Below, one piece after another: positions 10,267 through 20,405 of a stretch of 64,000 nucleotides of DNA. Made by a program: the position numbers and the translations under genes. Source of the stretch: an uncultured Gemmatimonadota bacterium (GTDB lineage: Bacteria > SM23-81 > DAOVCL01). Each line of letters starts with the position of its first letter. Within the stretch, counting starts at the first letter, position 1. The stretch spans positions 64,001-128,000 of the forward strand of contig CAZVGK010000003.1 in assembly GCA_964626665.1 (NCBI GenBank), read 5' to 3'. A model generated the notes under the pieces. That model ran no database searches, was not told the DNA's origin, and saw only the letters and a program-made list of their open reading frames with translations.

Positions 10267-12390
10267 TTACTTGAGCAAAATCATCCTCCTGGTCTCCACA
10301 AAACCCCCAGACCGAAGCCTGTAAAAGTAAATACCGCTGGCAAATAAACTTGCATCCCACCTTGCAGTCTTGTAACCAGCCCTCTGCTTCCTATCAATCA
10401 AACTTGCCACCCTCTTTCCTAAGATGTTGAACACATCCAACCTCACCCAGCAATCCCTGGGCAACGCATACCTGATCTGGGTGACAGGGTTGAAGGGGTT
10501 GGGATAGTTCTGAGCAAGGGAGAAAGAACGAGGCACAAACCCAGGCCTAATTGTCTGCACACCTGTCAACCCAAACCAATCGTGCAGGATGTTCCGCATC
10601 AGCGTATCCGCCTGGAGAGTGAGGGTGCTGGTATCGGCACAATCAACGATGGCCCCAAAACACCAGGGCAGAAAAACTGTCTTAAACCCATTGGCACCCC
10701 CTAACCTGGTGCCACTGTATTCTCCGCTTTTCCCTCCCTTGAAGATGTTCACACCCTGAGCTGTAGCCTGAGTATAATCCCCCCAGTTGGCTATCCCTAT
10801 ACACCTCAGATGAATAACTACAGGCTCATCAACGAAATCACCAGATACAGGATCATCAATATCTACTCCATAAAATATCGTATCTCCAAGGCTGATCGTA
10901 TCCTGCATATTGGGATCGCTGATGCAGGATTGAATCCCCAGATAGTCATAGGCAAACTCCCCAGGCTCAAAACTGACCTCTATCCCACTCTCTATACCCT
11001 TCCTCCAGAAATAGTCCTGATCGGCCAGAAGGAACTTCCCCCCATCATTCAGATACCTGATGAGCGGATATTCAGACTCCGACTCTAAGGTATCTGGCCA
11101 AGGCAGATACCCACATCCCCAGCCAAACCAGATTAGGGCATCCCATCCCTTGCCCTCATAGGTGTGGAGAACTACTGAGCTGTCTATCCCCTTGTTCTCC
11201 TCAGTAAACCAAGTGGGCTCATAGGAATAGCCCAGCCTTTCCAGTAAATCCTTGTAATACTTAGACCTCTGCTTGTTAACATTCCCGTCACCTACCAGAA
11301 GTATCTGTGCTCCGGGGTTCTGCGGCTCCTTGATGACAAAGGACTTAACCTCGTCTCCACACTCCCCTGTCCACCTGCTGGGTTTGCCATCGTTGTCCAC
11401 ACAGGTGCACCAATAGCTTATAGTATCACCTATGGAAAATGGACCAGGAAGATAACCAGTAGCCAAAAATCTGTTCCATTTGGCCATACTGATGCTCATA
11501 ACCACCTCTGCTGTGTCCCCTGAACCACTCACCGTATAATGCAAGGTAGCCTCAGCAATCCAGCCATCAAGATCGGATAGCAGGGCAGTTATCCTGATGT
11601 TCTCCCTCAACCAGGTATTGCTCTTCTGCTGGATAGACTCCACGAAGGGGGGAACACCTTCATAATAGTTGACAACCGCCCTCATATTGAGTTCAGGGTA
11701 GAGAGACCAGGGCCAAGGGCAAAAGAAGTACCAATGGCCATCATGCTCATAAGTAAAACGCCAATGGGGGAAATGATCTTCACAAAAAGGAATAAAGGTA
11801 TGCTGGCTATAATCATCATAAAAGATGTGAGGCTTCGCCTCATTGTCGGACCTATAGCCTACCCCAAAGAGGCTATCCCCTGGGAATTGCCGGACAAACC
11901 CTGCACTTTCAGGATAGGAGGTGAAATCCACCACTTCCCAACCACCACTACCAGAGACATTCCAGCTCAAATCGGTGGGCAACTCATTATCGATCACTGG
12001 CCAGGGGTGGGAGGAATCGCTGGAAAAGTATCCATACCGACAGACGAACAGCTTGGCTGTCCCTCCACTGGCGAACATACCATGAACCTCATACAGCGAA
12101 CAGTTGGCAACAGGCCTGAACCAATTTAGCATGCTGTCATAAGCGACGACATATTGGCTAACATCGCCAAAGGGGACACCATTACACCAGGTCATAGTAT
12201 CAATACAAACACCCTTTGAAGATATACCTATATTGTGCTTCAAGCCACCATTCCCAATTAGTTCAGCCTGCCCCTTCCTCATAGAAATCAGTCTAAGCTG
12301 GTAGTCATCGACATTTGAACCGTAAAGGGATGAACCAACCAAAGCCAAAATGGCCACTGAAAATACAAATCCAATAATAATCTTACGCAC
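10267..12390 (-). CDS. Secreted protein with CTD (paralogue C)
   Basis: Homologous to paralogues A and B. GTG follows AGGAGGGAG. Confidence 0.85.
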   Translation of the reverse strand: MRKIIIGFVFSVAILALVGSSLYGSNVDDYQLRLISMRKGQAELIGNGGLKHNIGISSKGVCIDTMTWCNGVPFGDVSQYVVAYDSMLNWFRPVANCSLYEVHGMFASGGTAKLFVCRYGYFSSDSSHPWPVIDNELPTDLSWNVSGSGGWEVVDFTSYPESAGFVRQFPGDSLFGVGYRSDNEAKPHIFYDDYSQHTFIPFCEDHFPHWRFTYEHDGHWYFFCPWPWSLYPELNMRAVVNYYEGVPPFVESIQQKSNTWLRENIRITALLSDLDGWIAEATLHYTVSGSGDTAEVVMSISMAKWNRFLATGYLPGPFSIGDTISYWCTCVDNDGKPSRWTGECGDEVKSFVIKEPQNPGAQILLVGDGNVNKQRSKYYKDLLERLGYSYEPTWFTEENKGIDSSVVLHTYEGKGWDALIWFGWGCGYLPWPDTLESESEYPLIRYLNDGGKFLLADQDYFWRKGIESGIEVSFEPGEFAYDYLGIQSCISDPNMQDTISLGDTIFYGVDIDDPVSGDFVDEPVVIHLRCIGIANWGDYTQATAQGVNIFKGGKSGEYSGTRLGGANGFKTVFLPWCFGAIVDCADTSTLTLQADTLMRNILHDWFGLTGVQTIRPGFVPRSFSLAQNYPNPFNPVTQIRYALPRDCWVRLDVFNILGKRVASLIDRKQRAGYKTARWDASLFASGIYFYRLRSGGFVETRRMILLK

Positions 12391-12496
12391 TTCTCCCTCC
12401 TTTCTCCTAATCAAACCTTAACCCCTGAGGCAAATCCTTAGTAACGGTTCATCCTCCACCCCAGAGGGGTTGCTAAGTCTGGCTCGAATGTCACTA

Positions 12497-15400
12497 CTAT
12501 TTCAGCAAGATCATTTTTTTGACTCCCACAAAATCTCTTGCCACTAGCCTATAAAAATAGATGCCACTGGAGACTGGAGCCCCATCTTCATCCTTCCCAT
12601 CCCAGATGACCCGGTAGTAGCCAGGAGCCTGCTTCTTATTAATCAACGTCCTTACCTCCTGGCCTAAGATATTGTAAACCTTCAGGCTGACTTTTGACGG
12701 CTGATCGCTGACCGCTGGGATGGTGTAGCGGATAAGGGTGGTGGGGTTAAACGGATTGGGGTAGTTCTGCGAGAGGGAAAACGACTTGGGGAGAGTGGAG
12801 CGCGCCTCCTGGTCCTCCTCAACCCCAGTAGCTCCCCAAAGCCAGTTGAGAATCCTATGCAAGAACTCCACCCTGGAGTGAATGGGCTCCACCCCCTCCA
12901 GGCCAAAGGCCAAGAAGACCAACCTGTAATCCCCATTGTCTACAGCCAAAGCCCCAGTCCCACTGGAGATTATTTGACCATCTTCTCCCGAGGTGGTGTC
13001 ATACACCAAGATGGAGAATGCCGGTGGGATAGGATCGATCTCCCCTGGGGCATCTTGCGCATTATCATCCGTCTGGTTCAACTCTATGTTTAGTCCATCG
13101 ATCACCGGATTATTATCTACCCCTAAGAGATAATGATAATAAGTGGATGGGGAGATATAATCGGCATAGAGATAGTCTCTGTAAAAGTCCGTTCCCTGCT
13201 GCCCATAAAGTGCCCATTGCCCGGAGATAAGCAGTGATCCTCCGCCATCCAGGTAGGTCTTCAAATGCTCCCTATCCTCAGAGGTCAATGGACAGGGCAT
13301 CTCCCCTCCCATATACCAGATCACATTCCTGAACCTCATCAGGTTCTCCTCGGACAATGGTCCATTGGCGTCCACATCCCAGACCTCGAACATCACTCCC
13401 AGACTTTCCAGGACCTCTGCATAATAACCCCGGTTATCCACCAATCCATCATCCTCCACCAGAAGGGATCTCCCCCAACCCACTGCCAGACTAAAGCTCA
13501 ATTCCTTGGTGTAACAGCCTTCACCCTCTGAGACTCTCACCTGGAAGGGGATAATCGGATCGGTTAGAGAATCGGCAATCTGGACGGTAAGGCTGTCCAT
13601 ACTATTTGCTGCTATCGAGTCAACTGGTATATCGGGAAAGTTCGCCGTGTTGTCCAGAACCACTGCGTCCGCACTCTCCGTGCTCAAGACTACCTTAGTG
13701 CCAGATGCCTTTCTGCCTCCATCATTTCTCAGGTAGAGCAAAATGTTGCAGGTCTCCCCAGGATCGGGAATCCCGTTATGGTTTCCCCCTATATCATCCA
13801 GGGAGACGGTCTCCAATCCTATCTCAGGTTCCAGAACCTTCATCTTTAATGTATTATCCCAGGAGTCCCCCTTAGAGTCAGTGATGAGAAAAGAGCAAAA
13901 GATCTTATGGTTCACCGGTATATCTGGGGAAAGGGATAAAAGCAGGTTATCCGCTGGCAAAGAGGAGTCAGCAGGAAGGATATTGCCATAGCTGGCTAAA
14001 CCATTCAGAATGGTTACATAAGGATCCTTACTCCAAAGATGGACTTTCGTATCAGGCGCCATAGCATCCCCAAAGTTTCTGATCATACCAGCAACCCCCA
14101 CTATCTCCCCTGGATCTGGATAGCCATTGCCATTGCCCTGGGTTCCCCCTCCTCCATCGTCCTGGATCTGATGGCCGGTGAGGGAGAGAAGGGCTCCCGA
14201 GGCTACGGTATCACTTCCCACCCAGACATCATCCACATAGTAACCTTCTGAGACATCCCCACCATCGCTGACAAACCTTAATCTAACCTTCATCTCTGTT
14301 CCACAGGGGTAAATGGGAGAGAGGTCATATCTGTCCTCTAACCAACTGTTGCCAATGAGGACTGAGTCCAGGGCCCCTCCACTGGCGATGAAATCCAACA
14401 CCCTCCAGCCAGAGCCATCATTTGTCTCCACATAGATGCCATCTGTCCCATAGGTGGTGGTCTCATACCAGAGCCAGAAGGAGAGGACAGACTTAGGGGG
14501 CAGAACCAGTTCAGGGGTTTCCAGATAGCAATCCATATTGTTATCATAACTCCAACTGCCCTCGTGCCCACAATACCAGCTATAGTTGCCAGAGTGAGCC
14601 CGCTGGGTGGTCAGATGCCAGAGATCATCGGTTCCTTCGTGGATCCATTCGCCTGATCCTGCCTCCATACTATCCGAAAAGCCCGGTTGGCCAATAGTCA
14701 AAATGAATCCATCTTGGAAGCTTTCTCCCTCTTGTGTGCTGCAATCAAGGAGAACTTTGGTAAAATGAGGTGCAACACAACCAGATAGGGCAGTCACACC
14801 TATCGTCCCCACTTCCGTGGAGCCTGGGGGAATATCGCCAAAATCCACCATGCACCTTGGAAACTCCACACAGGAGTCTTGAGTGGAGACTATGCCCTCC
14901 ACTCCTTTAGCCAGACCACCACCAACATTGGCTAAAGTGAGGGATAGCTCCGCCTCTTCACCCGGTTCCAAGACCCCATCCTCACCATCATTGATAGTAT
15001 ATCCCTCAAAAACCAACACCGGTGCGACAACAAGCAGATTTAGTGCCTGCTCACAGGTGTCCCCTTGGGAATCGGTGAGAAAGAGGGTAAAGGGGATAGC
15101 ATAATTGTTGCTCGCCTCTGCCGACAAAGAGAAACCGAATGAGGAAGATGCTGTATCGGATGAGCCTATATCGCCAAACTGCGCGGTGCTATCGGTAATC
15201 TGCACTAAGGTATCGTCTGTTCTCAAGAGGCCTGTAACCTCAGAGGCTGTATGACTGCCCAGATTCTTCAGGGTGACCACCAGATCCACAGTTTCACCTG
15301 GGTTTAGCTCTCCGTCGCCATTTCCTCCGGTTCCATCTTGAATAGCAGTTCCCCAATAGGAAAGATAAGCTCCCTCACCCTGCACTGGTATCTGAGCCTC

Positions 15401-17422
15401 ATAGGGAAGGAAGTTGTGGGCAGTCACCGTGAGCTGTAAGGGGGAAGAGGAAGAGGTCGGAAAGGAGAAGTTCATCTCCCCCTTGGCATCTGTCCTTCCG
15501 GACTCATAGACATCCTCCCCGTTCATCAGGCAGACCAAGGCCCCAGGGAGAGCCGTTTGGCCGTCTGAAACGGAAATCTGTAGGTTATTTTCTCCATAAT
15601 TTGCCGTTTGAGGATGATGGACAACCAGGGACCTTGGAGTATCAGTCCAGATAGGCATCTCCGGATCACCCAACAGGTTTATCTCATACTCACACCAACG
15701 ATAGACATTCGCCTGTTGGGCCCTGGGGACATAGCTGGCCTTGTCCAGGAAAAGCGCAGCCCCGATATTGTAAACATCCTCAGCAAAGAGGAACCTGTAG
15801 AATGTATGATCAAAACGGTCTGAGTAACCATAGCCGGGATTTCCCGGCGAACCCCAACCATAGCGGGAATTGCCAATGAAGGCTACACCTCCTCCAGATG
15901 GGTTGGAGATGAAGTGCTCAGCTACGCAGTCATAATCAAAGGCTGCTGGCCAACAGCCGATGGAGTAAAGGATGGAATAACGAGGGCCATTCGTGAGGTG
16001 ATCCATATACCAGGTATGGAGATAGCCCATCTGACTCCACCAAGCATGGCCATCATGATTTATCAGGTTCTGTCCCTGATTCATAGCGGCCATTATCGAA
16101 TGGATATTCTCATTCCCCTTGGATTCATAGAGCTTGGTAATAGGGTCAAACTGGGGGGGAACCCAATCATCATCGATCATATCCTTCCCCACTCCTGCAT
16201 CCGTGTAAGGGTTATTCCAGAGAATCTCCCCCATAAAGAGCATATTTAGTTGGTAGTCTGTAGGTGGATTCTTCTCATAGGTCAAAACTTTCCCCACCCA
16301 ACCTTGAACCTCAATGGTAGAATCTAAGGAGGCCCGCCCTAAGATGACATCCGGATACATATCCACGCTGTCAGCTACCTCCCCGTAGATTCCATTGCCA
16401 TTGGCATCCCAGTTCCCATCAAGGTCGGCATAGTAGAGGTCACAGGGGATACTATCTTCATCTGCTTCGCCATAGTTGGCACTCATTGCGTAAGCTGTTC
16501 TGGTTGGTATGACATCGGTATCTCCACCCAAAAGAACCCACTCCGTCCCCCAATTTTCTTTAGCAACCCTGATGAAATTCCTGATCTTCTCCTGTTGGTC
16601 TACGCCGCTGTAGTTTTCATATATCCAGGACGTGGTAACTATCTCGGCCCTCAGCCCCTTCTTGGTCTTCCAATCGGCCAGGGGCTGAAAGAGAGGGCCA
16701 TAGCTGTCACTGGTGATAATCAGATAGGGATAATCCACCGAAGTGGAGAGGAAAGACTTAGGGAGATCATCACCAGAGCTTACATCCTCTGGATTCATCG
16801 CCAACTTTTTGGTAAGTTCACCCAATATCCCCGACTTCCAATCCTCTTTACCAGAAGAACCTCTGGCTGGCACAAACTCAATTTCAACTCCTATCTGTTG
16901 ATGAAAAACAAGCCTCTTCTTAGAGGGCAGATACTGCAGGGGATGAACAAGAAAACTTGCTATCCTCTGCCCTCCCATTGAACCTGTGCCCGCATATTCT
17001 ACTATCGAGGAGGGGTAGGGCTCATCGGAAGAGTAGAGGACCTCATCAGGGGGAGTGAAATCTATCTTTAATTCCTTCCTCCCAGGCATCTTCAACAACT
17101 GCGGAGGTTGACAGGGATAGATGAGAAAATCCTCATCTATCTCCTCCACTTTTGTAGAGAGAATTTTGAAGCCTAAAAACTTCTCCCCTGGGGGTATGGC
17201 AAAATGAATTACCTTGACCGGTAGCTGTGGCTTTCCCACCTCTCTCGTGATATCACAACCGGCAAGGGATACTCTATCAAACCCATTCAGTTTCTCTAAC
17301 TTCAACTCATCCTGGGAAAACCTGATGGTTTTGGTTACCCTCCCTGCCCATCCTTCTGCTGGCAGAAGGAGTAAGAAAAGGGAACCCAAGAGCAAACCAA
17401 CCCTCAAACACCTCTTGTCCAT
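12497..17422 (-). CDS. C25 family (gingipain-like) cysteine peptidase with propeptide, Ig-like repeats and CTD
   Basis: Propeptide motif GKPQLPV; YLIIT...LADWKTKKG; WVLLGGD...IP; D-YY-D; GR; catalytic-region HDGH...SIGC; NLLGDPEM; repeated G-xx-PGET Ig-like modules; CTD tail. Confidence 0.9.
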   Translation of the reverse strand: MDKRCLRVGLLLGSLFLLLLPAEGWAGRVTKTIRFSQDELKLEKLNGFDRVSLAGCDITREVGKPQLPVKVIHFAIPPGEKFLGFKILSTKVEEIDEDFLIYPCQPPQLLKMPGRKELKIDFTPPDEVLYSSDEPYPSSIVEYAGTGSMGGQRIASFLVHPLQYLPSKKRLVFHQQIGVEIEFVPARGSSGKEDWKSGILGELTKKLAMNPEDVSSGDDLPKSFLSTSVDYPYLIITSDSYGPLFQPLADWKTKKGLRAEIVTTSWIYENYSGVDQQEKIRNFIRVAKENWGTEWVLLGGDTDVIPTRTAYAMSANYGEADEDSIPCDLYYADLDGNWDANGNGIYGEVADSVDMYPDVILGRASLDSTIEVQGWVGKVLTYEKNPPTDYQLNMLFMGEILWNNPYTDAGVGKDMIDDDWVPPQFDPITKLYESKGNENIHSIMAAMNQGQNLINHDGHAWWSQMGYLHTWYMDHLTNGPRYSILYSIGCWPAAFDYDCVAEHFISNPSGGGVAFIGNSRYGWGSPGNPGYGYSDRFDHTFYRFLFAEDVYNIGAALFLDKASYVPRAQQANVYRWCEYEINLLGDPEMPIWTDTPRSLVVHHPQTANYGENNLQISVSDGQTALPGALVCLMNGEDVYESGRTDAKGEMNFSFPTSSSSPLQLTVTAHNFLPYEAQIPVQGEGAYLSYWGTAIQDGTGGNGDGELNPGETVDLVVTLKNLGSHTASEVTGLLRTDDTLVQITDSTAQFGDIGSSDTASSSFGFSLSAEASNNYAIPFTLFLTDSQGDTCEQALNLLVVAPVLVFEGYTINDGEDGVLEPGEEAELSLTLANVGGGLAKGVEGIVSTQDSCVEFPRCMVDFGDIPPGSTEVGTIGVTALSGCVAPHFTKVLLDCSTQEGESFQDGFILTIGQPGFSDSMEAGSGEWIHEGTDDLWHLTTQRAHSGNYSWYCGHEGSWSYDNNMDCYLETPELVLPPKSVLSFWLWYETTTYGTDGIYVETNDGSGWRVLDFIASGGALDSVLIGNSWLEDRYDLSPIYPCGTEMKVRLRFVSDGGDVSEGYYVDDVWVGSDTVASGALLSLTGHQIQDDGGGGTQGNGNGYPDPGEIVGVAGMIRNFGDAMAPDTKVHLWSKDPYVTILNGLASYGNILPADSSLPADNLLLSLSPDIPVNHKIFCSFLITDSKGDSWDNTLKMKVLEPEIGLETVSLDDIGGNHNGIPDPGETCNILLYLRNDGGRKASGTKVVLSTESADAVVLDNTANFPDIPVDSIAANSMDSLTVQIADSLTDPIIPFQVRVSEGEGCYTKELSFSLAVGWGRSLLVEDDGLVDNRGYYAEVLESLGVMFEVWDVDANGPLSEENLMRFRNVIWYMGGEMPCPLTSEDREHLKTYLDGGGSLLISGQWALYGQQGTDFYRDYLYADYISPSTYYHYLLGVDNNPVIDGLNIELNQTDDNAQDAPGEIDPIPPAFSILVYDTTSGEDGQIISSGTGALAVDNGDYRLVFLAFGLEGVEPIHSRVEFLHRILNWLWGATGVEEDQEARSTLPKSFSLSQNYPNPFNPTTLIRYTIPAVSDQPSKVSLKVYNILGQEVRTLINKKQAPGYYRVIWDGKDEDGAPVSSGIYFYRLVARDFVGVKKMILLK

Positions 17423-17510
17423 CTTTACCTCCTGTATTTATGCTTAGGGTACATTTTACAGAAACAAAAAGGGGGAAATCATTCTCCTAAATTCGCTATC
17501 ACCTCCTTTA

Positions 17511-18506
17511 TCAGGGAATGGAAAGAAGTTTTTCTAAGGCCTTCCCACCACAGAGGTGGGAAAGATAGCCAATTGCCTCCTTTAAATCCGCCTTATCCCT
17601 GAATTTGATCTTCAGTTCATATATATCTCCCTCAAAATATGGTGGAGGATTAAGAGAGAGGTTTGGTGGCAATTTCAATTCCTCAACCACTTTTTTGTAT
17701 TCCTCCTCTGCCTTTCTATAGATCGGGTATCTCTCCCCTTTGAGATGTTCCTCTATCTTCTTAGCCTTCACCGGTAAGGGCCAATCCTCTCTGGCCATTA
17801 TCTCCTCCACCTTAGGATTCTTCTCCAAAATCTCAGAAGGAGACAGCCCTTTCAACTTAGCCAGATCTCCAAGCAATAAGAGGAATTCTTTCTGCCAATT
17901 CTTACTCAGCCTTAGCCTCTTGATCCAGTGGAATATTTTCTCCCTCTCCGATTCAGGGATTTGAGCCAGGAGATTCACAGCCTCCAAGGAGACCTTGCCA
18001 CTGGCCACTTCATCCTTGATCTTCTCCTCCATTTTGGCCAAGCCCAGATAGAGCTTCAAAACCTTATCACTTCTACCCAATCCTAAAAGGGGAAGGAACT
18101 CATCCCTCACCTTGTTGCCAGGGAGGCCAAATTGGTCGATTAACTTCTCCATCACGGTTGACTTCTCTACCTCGTCCAAGAATCTTGTGCCCAGGTTCTC
18201 ATAAAGGTTGAAAAGAAAGAGCCTTAACTCGGTGACCCCTCCCTCAACTATCTTCGTCTGAAAACCCCTTACACCAAGCTTTTTTAGGGCCAGTATCCGC
18301 CTATATCCAGTGACCAACCTGAAACCATTTTTCTTCCTTTGAAGAAGGGGTTGATGGGTGAGACCTATCCTCCCAATGGAGGCCACTAGACCATCTATCT
18401 CAGGCCTTAAGGTGAATATATAGGTGAGATCGGAACAATCAATCTGAGAAATACTTACCCAGGCACTCCTACTTGGGATTGGCTCCAGTATATTGGCAAG
18501 GATCAT
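17511..18506 (-). CDS. ParB/Srx N-terminal domain protein
   Basis: LVASIGRIGLTHQPLL...FRLVTGYRRILALKKLG...EN motif pattern. Confidence 0.75.
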   Translation of the reverse strand: MILANILEPIPSRSAWVSISQIDCSDLTYIFTLRPEIDGLVASIGRIGLTHQPLLQRKKNGFRLVTGYRRILALKKLGVRGFQTKIVEGGVTELRLFLFNLYENLGTRFLDEVEKSTVMEKLIDQFGLPGNKVRDEFLPLLGLGRSDKVLKLYLGLAKMEEKIKDEVASGKVSLEAVNLLAQIPESEREKIFHWIKRLRLSKNWQKEFLLLLGDLAKLKGLSPSEILEKNPKVEEIMAREDWPLPVKAKKIEEHLKGERYPIYRKAEEEYKKVVEELKLPPNLSLNPPPYFEGDIYELKIKFRDKADLKEAIGYLSHLCGGKALEKLLSIP

Positions 18507-19330
18507 AACCTCTCCCTCATTAGCTGTGGAAGATTAAGGTAGCACTGCCCTTCTTCAATTCTTCCCCTTTTTATACAGCCCTGTCCATAGATGCGACACT
18601 TCTCCTGGAGGACTGCCAAGACACCCTCCCTCTCCCCTACCCCATCCTGGGAGAGGAGCTTAACCAAAGCCTTTATCCTGAACCTATCCTGCCCCCAATA
18701 GATATGGGAGAGCTGGTCTGCTCTTCCTCCCCTCTTTACAATCAGTGGCTCCTCAACGAGGTAGATGGGCATCCGGGAACCTATCCTCAACCAGAGGTCG
18801 TAATCCTCACAAACAGGTAAGCTCTCATCGAACAGTCCGACTTCTGCGAATACCCCCCTCTCGATCATCACCGACGAGGGACTGATGAGACAAAGGGGAA
18901 GAAGCCTTTTCAAAATCCAGCCGGAATATTTCCTGTGCCTCTTCCCCGGGTTGACCCTCTTTCCCTCTCTCATCCAGATCTCATCTGTATAGGAGACCCT
19001 TATCTCAGGGTGATCTCTCATCAGTCTGATCTGCTCCTTCAGCTTATCATTTAGCCAAAGATCATCTGAGTCTAAAAAGCAGATGTACCGCCCCCTAGCC
19101 ATCCTTATCCCCTGGTTTCTGGCCGCACTTACCCCCAGGTTCTCCTGGAAGAGATATTTCAACTTTCGGTGCTCGGAGATCACCTCTTGGGTGGAGTCTG
19201 TTGAGCCATCGTCAACAACTATCAGCTCGAAATCGGTGTAGCTCTGGGAGAGGACGGACTCTACCGCCTGGGGGAGCAGATCCGCCCGATTATAGGTGGG
19301 AATAATTACACTTACCTCAGGGATCCTCAC
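18503..19330 (-). CDS. Glycosyltransferase family 2
   Basis: VSVIIPTYNR, VVDDGSTD, SAARNQG, FLDSDD, EDYDLWLR. Confidence 0.92.
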   Translation of the reverse strand: MRIPEVSVIIPTYNRADLLPQAVESVLSQSYTDFELIVVDDGSTDSTQEVISEHRKLKYLFQENLGVSAARNQGIRMARGRYICFLDSDDLWLNDKLKEQIRLMRDHPEIRVSYTDEIWMREGKRVNPGKRHRKYSGWILKRLLPLCLISPSSVMIERGVFAEVGLFDESLPVCEDYDLWLRIGSRMPIYLVEEPLIVKRGGRADQLSHIYWGQDRFRIKALVKLLSQDGVGEREGVLAVLQEKCRIYGQGCIKRGRIEEGQCYLNLPQLMRERL

Positions 19331-19671
19331 TTACCAAAGCTGGCCACCGCCCTTTCCGCACTCTCGTAGGTGTCGAAGATGGTAATCAGCTTGGTTATCA
19401 TCAGAATGCTCTGCACCCTCTCGGTGACCTGGGCTAATTTGAGATCACCCCCAGCATTCTTCAGGGAAGTATAGGCCCCCATCAAGGCCCCTAAGCCAGA
19501 GCTATTCAACCACTTTACCTTACCCAAATCAATAACCACCTTCTTCATCCCATCGGCTATGAGGCTCTTGATATGATCGTGGAACTCGGCGGTCTCCGGC
19601 CCCCCCATCAGTTTGCCGCTTAGGCTGACCACTGCCACATCGCCCTTTATCTCCTCCTTTATCTTCACCAA
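19327..19671 (-). CDS. Anti-sigma factor antagonist (STAS domain)
   Basis: VVIDLGKVKWLNSSGLGALM motif; 114 aa. Confidence 0.92.
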   Translation of the reverse strand: MVKIKEEIKGDVAVVSLSGKLMGGPETAEFHDHIKSLIADGMKKVVIDLGKVKWLNSSGLGALMGAYTSLKNAGGDLKLAQVTERVQSILMITKLITIFDTYESAERAVASFGK

Positions 19672-20044
19672 TTACCTCCTTGTTTGTGGTCAATTTAATA
19701 TTTTTACCTGAAGATGGCAAGGGATTTGTGGCCCGTTTCTCCATTTTATCAATCGGTTTATAGTATTTTGCTCACTTAACCCAGATATCCCCATAGCTGC
19801 AATTGAAATTGTCCGACTATTTTGTTGCTATCCAGGGCAATTTTTTGACCTGCCTCAATCGTCCAAGCCTTTGTTCTCGAATGGCTTACGTGGGTCGGTA
19901 TGTGGATCGGCGTCTTTTCTATGTTGTCCTAATTTCCCCTTAGTGAAACAGAGTTGGCTAAAAGTCTATTGCCCAAACACCTGAAGGAGGCTCCACGGAG
20001 TAGCAACCTTATAAGGTTCTCAGCCAGGTCACCTGTTTTTCCCC

Positions 20045-20073
20045 TTGACACATCCAAGGAAGATGGCTATTTT
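20045..20073 (+). promoter_or_regulatory. Putative sigma70 promoter pointing at the SIR2 gene
   Basis: TTGACA-17 nt-TATTTT. Confidence 0.45.
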
Positions 20074-20177
20074 GAGTACACCTGTTATGAGACGACTCAA
20101 AGCACTTTTCATGTGACTCGGCTTTTATGCGAGTCACATAACACGAAAAAAGCCATTGAGATTTATTGCTATAAGTT

Positions 20178-20405
20178 CAGAACTCGTGAAATGGGTTGAG
20201 AGACCAAGGCGATAACCAGCTAATATAGCTTGTTATAACGACTTAGTGAAAAAGCGGCGGTTTTGAAAGATACGACTTAATTTTCACGCATTTTTGACCT
20301 CAGGAAAAGGCAGAATTGCTCTGTTATCCAGTACCTTTAAATCGAAAGGTCCGCTAAAATGCGTTATTTAAGGACACCTTTTTAGGTCCTATTTCACGAG
20401 TTCTG
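20178..20405. mobile_element. 228-bp MITE with 15-bp terminal inverted repeats and AAGTT target duplication
   Basis: CAGAACTCGTGAAAT (20178-20192) and ATTTCACGAGTTCTG (20391-20405); AAGTT at 20173-20177 and 20406-20410. Confidence 0.85.

Noticed and set aside
8040-12390. Diversity-generating retroelement (TR/VR pair)
   Set aside because: All repeats lie inside intact genes, differences include indels and are not adenine-specific, and no reverse transcriptase is in the window.
19801-20170. Integrase remnant in the island
   Set aside because: I found no tyrosine-recombinase motif in the parts I could read; ORF 19954-20199 runs into the MITE and looks spurious.
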